Of a DNA stretch of 64,000 bases, positions 29,401 to 38,565 are shown in pieces (the stretch's first letter is position 1; each line of letters starts with the position of its first letter). The DNA is taken from positions 15,439 to 79,438 of the forward strand of contig CAYGFI010000004.1 of assembly GCA_964349045.1 (NCBI GenBank). Direction: 5' to 3'. This DNA comes from an uncultured Chitinophaga sp. GTDB lineage: Bacteria; Bacteroidota; Bacteroidia; Bacteroidales; GCA-2748055. The translations under genes were made by a program, and so were the position numbers. Under the pieces are notes generated by a model. The model made no database searches, was not told the DNA's origin, and saw only the letters and a list, made by a program, of their open reading frames with translations.

Positions 29401-31110
29401 AGCGGCCTGGTTGAATTAAAAGACGGTCTCCTGAAATCAATTGCCAATATTAATTGTAATATCTGGTCGCTTTATAGTGAAAACGGAGTGTTGTGGATTA
29501 GCACAGAATGTGGTTTGGGATATATTTCAGATGAAGACTACAGTAATATCCGGTTTATTCCTATTAACAACAATATTGTTATAAAATCAATATATCCTGC
29601 TAAAAATAAAAATTACCTCTGGCTCGGTACCAATCATGGATTTACATATTTTAATAAAAACTCCCGTGAAATTGAATTTTTTGTTGATTCCAAAGATGGT
29701 TTATCAGGTGATGAAATTACGCCGGCAGGTTTATATCTCGACCGGAACGACTTATTGTGGATTGGAACCTATCACGGTTTAAGTAATTTTAATTTACGGG
29801 CAAAGAGCTCCATATCCTATTCTCCCTCCTGTTATATAGAAAGGATTTTACTCAATGGTAAAAAAATTGATCCTGAAGTGGGTCAGAAATTCCGTCACAA
29901 TCAGAACAATTTTGTTTTTGAGATTTCTGCACTTTCTTTCAGTGACGAGGAGTCAATTGAATATGAGTTTTACCTTAGGGGTGCGGGTAATAATTATTCT
30001 TCCTATCATAAAGGAAAAGAATTCAAGGCATATTATAATAATCTCCCTCCCGGAAAATATGATTTTATCTATAAAGCAAAAAGCAAAAACAATATATGGG
30101 GTTATGCGCAGAAATACGAATTTACCATTCATAAAGCCTGGTATAACACCTGGGTTTTCAGACTTACCCTGATAATTGCACTTGTTTTATCCGGATGGGG
30201 TTTTTATACGATCAGGATCCGACGAATTGAGGCCCAGAGAGAAAAGCTTGAAAAATTAGTAAAGAAACGTACGCATGAACTGGAACAAGCTAATTCTGAA
30301 ATTGAAGCACAGCGGGATCTTGCAACTAACCAGAGAGATCAGATCGGAGCACAGAAAAAAGAGATAACCGACAGCATTTATTACGCGGAAAGAATTCAAA
30401 GATCTCTTCTGCCTCCCGCGAATATTATGAAAAAGATTCTTCCCGAACATTTCATACTTTTTAAACCGAGAGATATCGTAAGTGGAGATTTTTACTGGGT
30501 CACAGAAAAAGCAGACAGAATTTATCTTACTGCAGCCGACTGCACGGGACATGGTGTACCCGGTGCTTTTATGAGTATGCTCGGTATATCTTTCCTCAAT
30601 GAGATCGTAAATAAAACGGAAGATTCCGGTCCTGAAGAAATCCTTAACCAGCTTAGAAAATATATAATAAAGGCTCTGAAACAGGCAGGGCAGGAAGGGG
30701 AAAATAAAGACGGTATGGATATAAGTATTGTTGTATTTGACAAGGTTCAGAAAACTTTAAGTTTTGCCGGGGCTAATAACCCTTTGTATTTTGTCAGAAA
30801 CGGAGAATTTCAGGAGATAAAAGGTGACAATATGCCGGTTGGAATAAATGATAAAATGAATTCCTTCACACAACATACATTTAATATTCAGAGAGGAGAT
30901 ACCGTTTATATCTTTTCCGATGGTTATCCCGACCAGTTCGGGGGACCAAGGGCTAAGAAGTTCATGTATTCCAACTTTAAGGCGCTACTTATGACGATTC
31001 AGACCAAGTCGATGCGTGAACAGGGAAAGATTCTTGAAGATACCCTTGAGGCATGGAAAGGCGATATCGATCAGATTGACGATATTGTGGTAATAGGACT
31101 CAGGTTTTAA
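26464..31110 (+). CDS. periplasmic multi-domain sensor fused to a PP2C/SpoIIE phosphatase (2x SBP_bac_3-like, Reg_prop beta-propellers, Y_Y_Y, TM, coiled coil, SpoIIE)
   Basis: It has a signal peptide and two solute-binding-protein-like modules. Repeated propeller units (GYMWFGTNSGAVRYNG, LWIGTYHGLSNFN) are followed by FEISALSF...YEFYL (Y_Y_Y). A single TM lies near nt 30140-30215. The C-terminus has SGDFYWV..DCTGHGVPGAFMSMLG..DGMDIS..FSDGYPDQFGG (SpoIIE). Confidence 0.85.
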   Translation: MKTRLSFFLFLIFFLLRPSLLFSRDLSSIKRSGKIYVGMTKDDKKNINYPLAIEFAKYLNVELIIVEITWEEAFMQNSIIPDDIETNPSLSYTPDIFKKVDIICSTFTILEWRKKLFDFAETLNSAELLLVDKKNPPMKDFSMLEGKEIGFVSGTSFETNLNRINKNLSGTIKLTPTKTSEESKTLLHTGKVFGIILDADEALNYNAQSGQKYSIALPISPMTKTAWAIEKGNNLNNEVEDFFKTIENNGVLNTIFISRFGISYSSYVEKINKNLLHEKYHRDLNEILISRKLVVALRDRSFIYQEGGEKQFMHALAEEFADYLGVSLEYVVTPYLNKYWETENSGFVRDSAYTPDWFNYFDVACEVFAPLEWRLKKIDFVPVYPSEYSVIARKEAQLKNIEDLRGLKCVTNKGSVYEDILNDNKLTNYYYEPVNNFLSDVQSGKADYTIIYNAFYELSSYPELETKIALGTLDVCWGLRKDQPQLKAELEKFIAQSQNKGLINILIKAMKRKTLQSPEAFIHSYYESFQTGQFPYVLYGAENGLPQEDIFTIFQDNKGYMWFGTNSGAVRYNGREMKAIGDLNGLSDNIVRAINQDAAGKIYIATSNGISIFDKDTIVDRLFTGSGFHSIFIDKFNSKWFVGNDGIYILSQYGSQRHLNKDFPLLPNIIYSITEDINTGDKYIATSEGVYYYSTESNQLLRLTKEDCYSLFIDVNDSIWISTKKGLFIVDIRDIKSGYFANKAKNLNSILNFPNTIIKNISTNKYGSVWLVSDSKVIQVLSTDQSAIIYEPEIGLKNNRIMSFLIDQEDNIWVGFSGGLQRLSIKKGLRNFFPNTINSYIYSVFQDINDRLWIASNNGVYYYDNKLINFTPNLHGHHQKFVIGQLSGRNLLFASSEGFFEVDPLTLSVVRKRIFDQILLSLENIFISSKGEIVLLTGNNGTLYYFTDFHSSPVIIKEKRSSNIFQLIERNGRILGGNTSGLVELKDGLLKSIANINCNIWSLYSENGVLWISTECGLGYISDEDYSNIRFIPINNNIVIKSIYPAKNKNYLWLGTNHGFTYFNKNSREIEFFVDSKDGLSGDEITPAGLYLDRNDLLWIGTYHGLSNFNLRAKSSISYSPSCYIERILLNGKKIDPEVGQKFRHNQNNFVFEISALSFSDEESIEYEFYLRGAGNNYSSYHKGKEFKAYYNNLPPGKYDFIYKAKSKNNIWGYAQKYEFTIHKAWYNTWVFRLTLIIALVLSGWGFYTIRIRRIEAQREKLEKLVKKRTHELEQANSEIEAQRDLATNQRDQIGAQKKEITDSIYYAERIQRSLLPPANIMKKILPEHFILFKPRDIVSGDFYWVTEKADRIYLTAADCTGHGVPGAFMSMLGISFLNEIVNKTEDSGPEEILNQLRKYIIKALKQAGQEGENKDGMDISIVVFDKVQKTLSFAGANNPLYFVRNGEFQEIKGDNMPVGINDKMNSFTQHTFNIQRGDTVYIFSDGYPDQFGGPRAKKFMYSNFKALLMTIQTKSMREQGKILEDTLEAWKGDIDQIDDIVVIGLRF

Positions 31111-31202
31111 TTATACCAGCCAGGCTTTATACAATAACCTGAAAACCTGATTTTTAAGCAAATCGCCTACCGGATATTCAGATTGCACTGAATTTTCAAA
31201 CT

Positions 31203-32165
31203 ATGATGCCTGTTAATGTGGAACAAAACAAAACATATAAAATGAATGAAATAATCCGAACTGAAAAGCTTTCCAAAAGATATAAGGAGGTTTTAGCAGT
31301 ATCCGAAATATCCCTGAATGTCAGGAAAGGTGAAATTTATGGGTTTTTAGGATTGAATGGAGCCGGTAAAACAACCACTATCCGAATGTTGCTTGGCTTA
31401 ATTCGTCCCACAGCAGGAGTTTCATACATAAACGGGAAAAAAGTGCACCCTAATAATACTGACCTCTGGAAAGAAATAGGGAGCCTTGTAGAAGTTCCTT
31501 ACGCCTATCCCGACCTGACGGTAAGAGAAAATCTCGAAATTTTTCGACGGTTACGATTTTTAAATGAAAATGACCCTGTAAATTCAATCATCGACAAGCT
31601 AAAACTTACAGTTTACGCTGATCGCAAAGCCAAAAACTTATCCCTGGGAAATGCTCAGCGCCTGGGACTCGCCAAAGCGCTGATACATAAACCCAGTATT
31701 CTGATTCTTGATGAACCTGCAAATGGTCTCGACCCGGCTGGTATTTTTGAAATCCGTGAATTTTTAAGCGATTTGGCTATTAATCATGGAGTAACTATTT
31801 TTATATCAAGTCATATCCTGGGAGAAATATCAAGATTTGCCACCCGAATAGGTATTATTCATGAAGGGAGTTTAATACAGGAAATTAATACAAATCAACT
31901 CGATCTGCTTTGCCAAAAGAGATTATTAATAAATACCCTCAACAATGAACTGGCAAAATCAATCCTGATCAAAAAAGGTTTTATCGTAAATGAAACTAAT
32001 GATAATTTTCTGGAAATTAAAACTGATTCAGCCATTAAAAACCCGGAAAATATTTCAAGTCTGCTGGTTAATAATGGTACTCCTCCATCATTATTGAATG
32101 TTGTTGAGGAAGATCTGGAATCGTATTTTTTAAGAACTATCGGAATGAAAGGAGAGCTGAAATGA
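31203..32165 (+). CDS. ABC transporter ATP-binding protein (ABC-2 type)
   Basis: Walker A is GLNGAGKTT, the signature is LSLGNAQRL, and Walker B is ILILDEP. The start could be the ATG at 31245 (MNEIIRTEKL). Confidence 0.9.
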   Translation: MMPVNVEQNKTYKMNEIIRTEKLSKRYKEVLAVSEISLNVRKGEIYGFLGLNGAGKTTTIRMLLGLIRPTAGVSYINGKKVHPNNTDLWKEIGSLVEVPYAYPDLTVRENLEIFRRLRFLNENDPVNSIIDKLKLTVYADRKAKNLSLGNAQRLGLAKALIHKPSILILDEPANGLDPAGIFEIREFLSDLAINHGVTIFISSHILGEISRFATRIGIIHEGSLIQEINTNQLDLLCQKRLLINTLNNELAKSILIKKGFIVNETNDNFLEIKTDSAIKNPENISSLLVNNGTPPSLLNVVEEDLESYFLRTIGMKGELK

Positions 32166-32944
32166 AAACTATAAGCACCGTATTATGGGCTGAATTTATG
32201 AAAATAAAGCGATCTAATATCGTTTGGATCACGATTTTTCTTTTTGCATTTATCCCTTCAATGATGGGCTTAATGATTTATATTGTCAGGCATCCCGAAA
32301 TATCTGCAAAATTAGGCCTTATTGCCGCCAAAGCCTCTCTTTTCGGAGATGCAGACTGGCCGGCCTTTTTTGGAATTCTGCATCAATCCATCGCTACCAT
32401 TGGTCTGATTGGTTTTGGTTTTGTAACCGCATGGGTTTTTGGCCGGGAATATACTGAGCGGACCATTAAAGATATTCTGGCACTTCCCGTTTCAAGATCA
32501 TATTTTGTGTTTGCGAAATTTATTATTGTATTCTGCTGGTGCATAATTCTGGCAATAATATTAGGCATCTCAGGGGTTCTTGCCGGGAAAATAGTTGGAG
32601 TTTCCGGTTGGTCTTCAGAGGTATTCTATGCTGCTATTTATAAGTATATTATCACCTCATTTCTCACTATGTTATTATGTACCCCTGTTGCATTCTTTGC
32701 CTGTTATAGCAGAGGAATAATTGCACCAATAGGGTTCGCAATTTTAACTATGATTATGGCACAGTTTATAGCGCTTGCGGGACTGGGTGCATTTTTCCCG
32801 TGGGCCATACCCGGTCTTTATACGGTTCCCGCCGGCACTGAAGGAATGCAGTTATTTATGTCAAGCTATATCATTCTGATAATAACCAGTATTCTTGGCT
32901 ACATTATTACATTATACTTTTGGAGGCATGCAGATCAACATTAA
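32162..32944 (+). CDS. ABC-2 family transporter permease
   Basis: 260 aa with 6 TM segments. Its start overlaps the ATPase stop (ATGA). Confidence 0.75.
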   Translation: MKTISTVLWAEFMKIKRSNIVWITIFLFAFIPSMMGLMIYIVRHPEISAKLGLIAAKASLFGDADWPAFFGILHQSIATIGLIGFGFVTAWVFGREYTERTIKDILALPVSRSYFVFAKFIIVFCWCIILAIILGISGVLAGKIVGVSGWSSEVFYAAIYKYIITSFLTMLLCTPVAFFACYSRGIIAPIGFAILTMIMAQFIALAGLGAFFPWAIPGLYTVPAGTEGMQLFMSSYIILIITSILGYIITLYFWRHADQH

Positions 32945-33019
32945 AAGTATCCGAAAGTAAAAAGTGTCTGTTAGTCATTTCTCATTCTTTTTCATACTTT
33001 TAAAAAAACATTAGAGAGG

Positions 33020-34630
33020 ATGACTTATACTTATGATTACCTGATTATCGGTTCCGGATTTGGAGGGAGTGTTTCAGCAATGCGACTGGCAGAGAAAGGG
33101 TATTCTGTCATATTACTCGAACAGGGTAAAAGGTATGAACCGGCCGATTATGCCAAATCAAACTGGAATTTAAGGAAATACTTATGGATGCCCTCCCTGG
33201 GGCTTTTCGGTATTCAAAAACTATCGTTTTACCGGCAGGCTTCCATTATGACAGGAATCGGCCTGGGTGGTGGCAGCCTGGTATACGCTAACACTCTACT
33301 TAAACCTCCCCCTAAATTTTTCAAAACCGGTAACTGGAAGGAATATGGTGACTGGGAAACAATTCTGGAACCCTTTTACAATACAGCCGGATTTATGATG
33401 GGCAGGACTCTTTACGACAAAAAAAATCCTGAAGATCTTCTGTTGCGAAAAGTTGCGAAAAGCATGAATCGGGAAGATACTTTCCAAAATGTTTATGTCG
33501 GGGTTAATCTGAACGAGCATGAGGAGGAAATGGATCCTTATTTTTCCGGCCTGGGACCGAAACGAAACTCCTGTACCGGTTGTGCTGCATGTATGGTAGG
33601 TTGCAGGGAAAACGCCAAGAATACACTTGATAAGAATTATCTCTTCTTTGCTGAAAGTTTCGGGGCAAAGATATTTACCGGGATCAGGGCATATAAACTT
33701 GAAAAATCAGAGAATTGTTTTACTGTTTATACAAAATCATCCACCAAACTTCTGAAAAACAAAAAAAGTTATAAAGCTAAAAACGTCATTATTTCCGGGG
33801 GAGTTTTAGGCACACTGAAATTTCTATTTGAACAAAAACATAAATACAAGACCCTGCCACTAATTTCAGATAAACTCGGACATAATTTATTAACCAATTC
33901 TGAAACCCTTACAGCTGTTTCCGGTATTAAACAGAAAACAAATAATGGAGTAGCCATAACATCCGTCTTTCATCCAGATGAAAATACTAATGTCGAAATT
34001 GTCAAGTATCCTGATGGTTCGAATCTGATGAAGTTGTTCTTTACCTTGGCTGCCGGAGGATCGTCAAATAATCTATATCGCAGTCTGAAACTTCTGAAAA
34101 ATATAATTGTCAATCCCCTTAAATTTTTCAAAACTGTTTTTTCCTTAAACTGGTCAACTCATTCCGTGATTTTTCTGGTTATGCAGACCCTTGACAACGC
34201 GATGATAATGAGATGGAAAAGAGGATTTTACGGTAAAAGGATGAAAATAGACAACAAAGGAAACAAAAGAGTACCTGCCTATATTGAAATAGGTCAAAAA
34301 GTTACAGAAAAATATGCTGCTGAATCCGGAGGTATTTCACAAAATATATTTCTTGAGGTATTATTCGACCGTCCTACTACAGCTCATATACTTGGAGGCT
34401 GCCCGATGTCCGATAATTCTGAGGAAGGTGTAATTAATCCCAGGCTTGAAGTTCACTCCTATCCCGGGTTATATATTATCGATGGATCTGTAATTCAGGC
34501 AAATCCTGGTGTAAATCCTAGCTTTTCTATTCTGGCAATGGCAGAATATTCTATGAGTCTAATTAATTCTAAAACAGGTACAAATAATAAATCACTTAAA
34601 GCATTACTTGATGAACAGAATAAGGATTAA
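33020..34630 (+). CDS. GMC-family FAD-dependent oxidoreductase (cholesterol/long-chain alcohol oxidase-like)
   Basis: The N-terminal Rossmann motif is YDYLIIGSGFGGSVSAMRLAEKG. The C-terminal GMC motif context is AHILGGCPM...IDGSVI. Confidence 0.8.
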   Translation: MTYTYDYLIIGSGFGGSVSAMRLAEKGYSVILLEQGKRYEPADYAKSNWNLRKYLWMPSLGLFGIQKLSFYRQASIMTGIGLGGGSLVYANTLLKPPPKFFKTGNWKEYGDWETILEPFYNTAGFMMGRTLYDKKNPEDLLLRKVAKSMNREDTFQNVYVGVNLNEHEEEMDPYFSGLGPKRNSCTGCAACMVGCRENAKNTLDKNYLFFAESFGAKIFTGIRAYKLEKSENCFTVYTKSSTKLLKNKKSYKAKNVIISGGVLGTLKFLFEQKHKYKTLPLISDKLGHNLLTNSETLTAVSGIKQKTNNGVAITSVFHPDENTNVEIVKYPDGSNLMKLFFTLAAGGSSNNLYRSLKLLKNIIVNPLKFFKTVFSLNWSTHSVIFLVMQTLDNAMIMRWKRGFYGKRMKIDNKGNKRVPAYIEIGQKVTEKYAAESGGISQNIFLEVLFDRPTTAHILGGCPMSDNSEEGVINPRLEVHSYPGLYIIDGSVIQANPGVNPSFSILAMAEYSMSLINSKTGTNNKSLKALLDEQNKD

Positions 34631-36194
34631 TTCCATCATAACCGGGCTAATCATATTACTTCTGATTTCCGGATGTGAAAAACAAAAACCCGTAGCTAAG
34701 TCAGTTATTTATCTTCCAAGAATTGAAAATATTGTTATTGATGGTTTTACGGAAGAATGGGCAATAGTAGAAGGTTACAGATTATGGGCTGATCCTCTTG
34801 GCAACTATAAAGAACCATCCGATTTTGAGGCCGGCATAAAAGCAGCCTGGAATAAAGAAGGATTACTACTTCAATTTGAAGTCACGGATGATAGTTTTAA
34901 AAGTGACACTCTGAATCCCTGGAATGGAGATGCAATCGAAATTTTTCTGGCTCCGTTCAGAGGTTCCGAAGAAATTATCCAGATTTCTATTGTGCCATTA
35001 CCTGAAAAAGATTTTATCCGGTTTAATGGTCTGAATAAAAATGAAAGTAACCATAAATTTTCCGGGGAAATATATTCTGTTACCAGAAGTTATGAGAATA
35101 AAAGAATTACTGAAGTTAAAATCGGTTTCCAGAAGAATGAATATGAAGGAATTAATGAACAGGCGCCATTCAGTAGTTTTGCATTACAGGTATATGCAGA
35201 TGATGCAGATGCCGGTAAACAGGAGAAAAATAAATTGGTGTGGTATCCGGTCGGGCAGAGCTACCTGTCTTCATCCTCAATGTTTACTGTTAACCTAAGC
35301 GACAATAATCAAACTAAACTGAATGGAACTACAAGGCTTGTTATTACTGATAATGAAAAACTTGATTTATATGTTTTTGGTGCAGTTGGTGGAGAAAAAA
35401 TTGAAATTTACCGGAACGGAGAATTAATCAAACACTTCAGATCAAAGAGCGAACGAGCCTATCTGCCAGACACTTTTGATATTACCCCATTTGGATGGGA
35501 TATTGAAAATGATTCATTATTTGTCTGTCTTAATGGCGAAAGTCTTTGTTTGCATGAACTTTTCCTGTCTCCCAGGCTTTATGAAACGATTTCAGAGAAA
35601 CGTTTTGACAGGGAAATCCGGAATTTCATGTTTATGGACCGGCAATCATTCCCCCCTGAAAACGCAACCTTGTTTATCGGAAGTTCCAGTATTGTGAGAT
35701 GGGAAACGCTAAAAATGGATTTTCCTGAATTGAAGATTATACAAAGGGGATTCGGGGGATCAACAAGCCCTGAGGCTCTGATGTATATAAACCAAATCGT
35801 AATCCCCTACAAGCCTGCAAAAATTATATATTATGAAGGGGATAATGATATTACGATTGGGCTTACTTCAGAGGAAATATGTGATAATGTAAAAGATTTC
35901 ATTGATAAGGTTGCAGAGTCTCTACCCGAAACAATGATTTATATCCTCTCTCCTAAACCCAGTATTAACCGCATGCATTTATGGGAAAAGTACAGGCATG
36001 CTCATGAGTCGTTAAGAAAGCTGTCCTATGAATACAAAAATGTGGTATATGTGGATGTAGCAACTCCGATGTTTGATCTGAATGGAAAACTCAACCACTC
36101 GCTTTTTGTAGATGACGGGATACACATGAATCAGGAGGGTTATGCGATCTGGACAAGGGTATTAAGAAGGGCACTCAATCTATTGAATAACTAA
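34608..36194 (+). CDS. lipoprotein with a CBM9-like N-terminal domain and a C-terminal SGNH/GDSL hydrolase
   Basis: The lipobox is LLLISGC. The region IDGFTEEW...WNGDAIEIFL is CBM9-like. The SGNH blocks are FIGSSSI, GFGGSTS, YEGDND and DDGIHMN. Confidence 0.65.
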   Translation: MMNRIRINSIITGLIILLLISGCEKQKPVAKSVIYLPRIENIVIDGFTEEWAIVEGYRLWADPLGNYKEPSDFEAGIKAAWNKEGLLLQFEVTDDSFKSDTLNPWNGDAIEIFLAPFRGSEEIIQISIVPLPEKDFIRFNGLNKNESNHKFSGEIYSVTRSYENKRITEVKIGFQKNEYEGINEQAPFSSFALQVYADDADAGKQEKNKLVWYPVGQSYLSSSSMFTVNLSDNNQTKLNGTTRLVITDNEKLDLYVFGAVGGEKIEIYRNGELIKHFRSKSERAYLPDTFDITPFGWDIENDSLFVCLNGESLCLHELFLSPRLYETISEKRFDREIRNFMFMDRQSFPPENATLFIGSSSIVRWETLKMDFPELKIIQRGFGGSTSPEALMYINQIVIPYKPAKIIYYEGDNDITIGLTSEEICDNVKDFIDKVAESLPETMIYILSPKPSINRMHLWEKYRHAHESLRKLSYEYKNVVYVDVATPMFDLNGKLNHSLFVDDGIHMNQEGYAIWTRVLRRALNLLNN

Positions 36195-36204
36195 AGATCC
36201 AAAG

Positions 36205-37578
36205 ATGAATACTTTCGAAAAAATCCTTACAGAGCAGCAGAATTATTACAGAACTCATATCACGAAGAACATTGCATTCAGGAAAAGCCAACTGAAGTTA
36301 CTTTATTCACTGATACAAAAGAATGAAACTGAAATTTTGCAAGCCCTGCAACAGGATTTCCGAAAGTCTTTCTTTGAGGGTTATGGAACCGAGGTAGGAC
36401 TGGCGCTAAATGAGATAAGATTCCATATTAAGAAATTAAAAAAATGGGCATCACCTCGTCGGGCGAGTGGAAACATTCTTGATTTCAAGTCATCAGCAAA
36501 AATTTATCCGGAACCTCTGGGACAGGTATTGATTATTGCTCCATGGAATTATCCCTTTATGCTGGTAATGTCGCCATTAGCAGGAGCAATTTCTGCAGGA
36601 AATACCATAATAGTAAAGCCTTCGGAAAATTCACCGGCAACATCGGCATTAGTTCAGAAACTTATTTCTGAAAATTTTCCTAAAGAATATATTAGTTGTG
36701 TTACAGGAGGCAAGTCAGAAGCCGAAGCATTACTTAAATTAAAATTCGATTCTATTTTTTTTACGGGGAGTGCAAATGTTGGTCGGCTGGTAATGAAAGC
36801 CGCTGCTAAAAATCTTAGTCGGGTTTGCCTTGAGCTTGGAGGAAAAAATCCATGTATTATTGATATTACTGCACCGATTGACCTTACCTGCCGGAGAATT
36901 GTCTGGGGGAAGTTTCTCAATGCAGGACAGACTTGTGTTGCACCGGATTACCTGCTTGTACATAAGGACATTGCCTCCGCAATAAAAGAAGGATTAAAAA
37001 AATATATCCTACAATTTTACGGTGAAGACCCAAAGCAGAGTGCAGATTTTCCAAGAATTATCAATTTAACCCATTATAAAAGATTAATTAAACTTATTAA
37101 TCCGGAAATGCTTTATTTTGGAGGATATACAGATGAGGCGGAACTATACATTTCGCCAACAATACTTGAAAATATCTCAGCCTCTGACCCAATTATGCAG
37201 GAGGAGATATTTGGTCCGGTTTTACCCATAATTGAATATTCTAAAACAGATGAAATCACAACATTGGTAAACAATATAGCAAAGCCATTGAGTTTTTACC
37301 TGTTTAGCAGGGATAAGAATTTCCAAAAGAAACTGATCCTTGAACTGGAAGCCGGTAATGGAAATTTTAATGATACCGTGATGCAGTTTGCAAATAAGAA
37401 TCTCCCTTTCGGGGGTAAGGGTGAAAGTGGTATGGGTTCATATCATGGTAAATACAGCTTTGAATGTTTCTCTCACCTGAAGGCTATAAACAGAAAATCT
37501 TTTTTGATCGACCTGCCATTTCGTTACCCTCCATACAGTAAGATCAAGTTCAACCTGATAAAAAAACTGCTTAACTAG
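36205..37578 (+). CDS. aldehyde dehydrogenase (class-3 / fatty-aldehyde type)
   Basis: It carries ELGGKNPCII, the catalytic Cys in NAGQTCVAPDY, and EEIFGPVLP. The 457-aa length fits ALDH3-like enzymes. Confidence 0.88.
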   Translation: MNTFEKILTEQQNYYRTHITKNIAFRKSQLKLLYSLIQKNETEILQALQQDFRKSFFEGYGTEVGLALNEIRFHIKKLKKWASPRRASGNILDFKSSAKIYPEPLGQVLIIAPWNYPFMLVMSPLAGAISAGNTIIVKPSENSPATSALVQKLISENFPKEYISCVTGGKSEAEALLKLKFDSIFFTGSANVGRLVMKAAAKNLSRVCLELGGKNPCIIDITAPIDLTCRRIVWGKFLNAGQTCVAPDYLLVHKDIASAIKEGLKKYILQFYGEDPKQSADFPRIINLTHYKRLIKLINPEMLYFGGYTDEAELYISPTILENISASDPIMQEEIFGPVLPIIEYSKTDEITTLVNNIAKPLSFYLFSRDKNFQKKLILELEAGNGNFNDTVMQFANKNLPFGGKGESGMGSYHGKYSFECFSHLKAINRKSFLIDLPFRYPPYSKIKFNLIKKLLN

Positions 37579-37596
37579 AAAAAGCAAGGAAATAAA

Positions 37597-38361
37597 TTAC
37601 TTCAGAACAACATAAACAGGGCAATGATCAGAATGGACTACCTCCTGCATTATTCCTGCATGATGTAATTTATCCTTAAGGTTTTTACTAACCATATGAT
37701 AATCGAGTCTCCATCCGAGGTTCTTATGACGTGAACCAGCCCTGTAGCTCCACCATGAGTATTGCTGTGGCAGGTAATTAAAAATCCTGAAACTATCAAC
37801 AAATCCAAGATCCAATAAACGGTCCATCCATGCTCTTTCTTCCGGCAAAAAACCAGAAGATTTCAGATGCTTTTCCGGATGATTTATATCGATTGGTTTG
37901 TGGGCAATGTTAAAATCACCTGACAGGATCAGGTTTGGTCGCGTCTTCATCAGATTTTCGAGATATGAATAAAAAGAATCGAGGTACTTCATTTTCACAG
38001 CCTGACGCGCCTCTCCTGTGGTTCCAGACGGAAAATATGAATTTATAATGGTCAAATCACCCATATCGACGCGAATGAGGCGACCTTCCGTATCAAATTC
38101 CGGCAATCCGATCCCTATGGAAAATGTATCAGGTATTTGCCGGCTTAGCAGAGCTACCCCGCTATAACCTCTTTTACTGGCAGAATGCCAAATCTGATGA
38201 TATCCTAAAAATTGGAAAGTCATTTTATCTACCTGATCTTCCTGAATTTTAGTTTCCTGAATACAGATTACATCAGGATTTTCAGCTTTGAGCCATTCCA
38301 TAAAACCTTTGCTTATTGCTGATCGGAGGCCATTGACATTATATGAAATTATTTTTTTCAT
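37597..38361 (-). CDS. xth: exodeoxyribonuclease III
   Basis: It carries MKKIISYNVNGLRSA, CIQETK, SGDFNIAH and the C-terminal SDHCPV. Confidence 0.93.
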   Translation of the reverse strand: MKKIISYNVNGLRSAISKGFMEWLKAENPDVICIQETKIQEDQVDKMTFQFLGYHQIWHSASKRGYSGVALLSRQIPDTFSIGIGLPEFDTEGRLIRVDMGDLTIINSYFPSGTTGEARQAVKMKYLDSFYSYLENLMKTRPNLILSGDFNIAHKPIDINHPEKHLKSSGFLPEERAWMDRLLDLGFVDSFRIFNYLPQQYSWWSYRAGSRHKNLGWRLDYHMVSKNLKDKLHHAGIMQEVVHSDHCPVYVVLK

Positions 38362-38565
38362 GACTGAATAATTATTTTTTATTTATCTGGTCAGTAAAAA
38401 TTAATTTAAAAGATGAGTGAGCAAAGATAAAATTCCTGTTTTAATTAAATTGATGGATATATATTATAACAATTATAGAATTAACTATGTTTGTTGAAAT
38501 AAAAATGTTTTAAAGTGAAATTCTACTGAAAATGGTTTAATACCAATAGAATTAAAGTCTGAATT

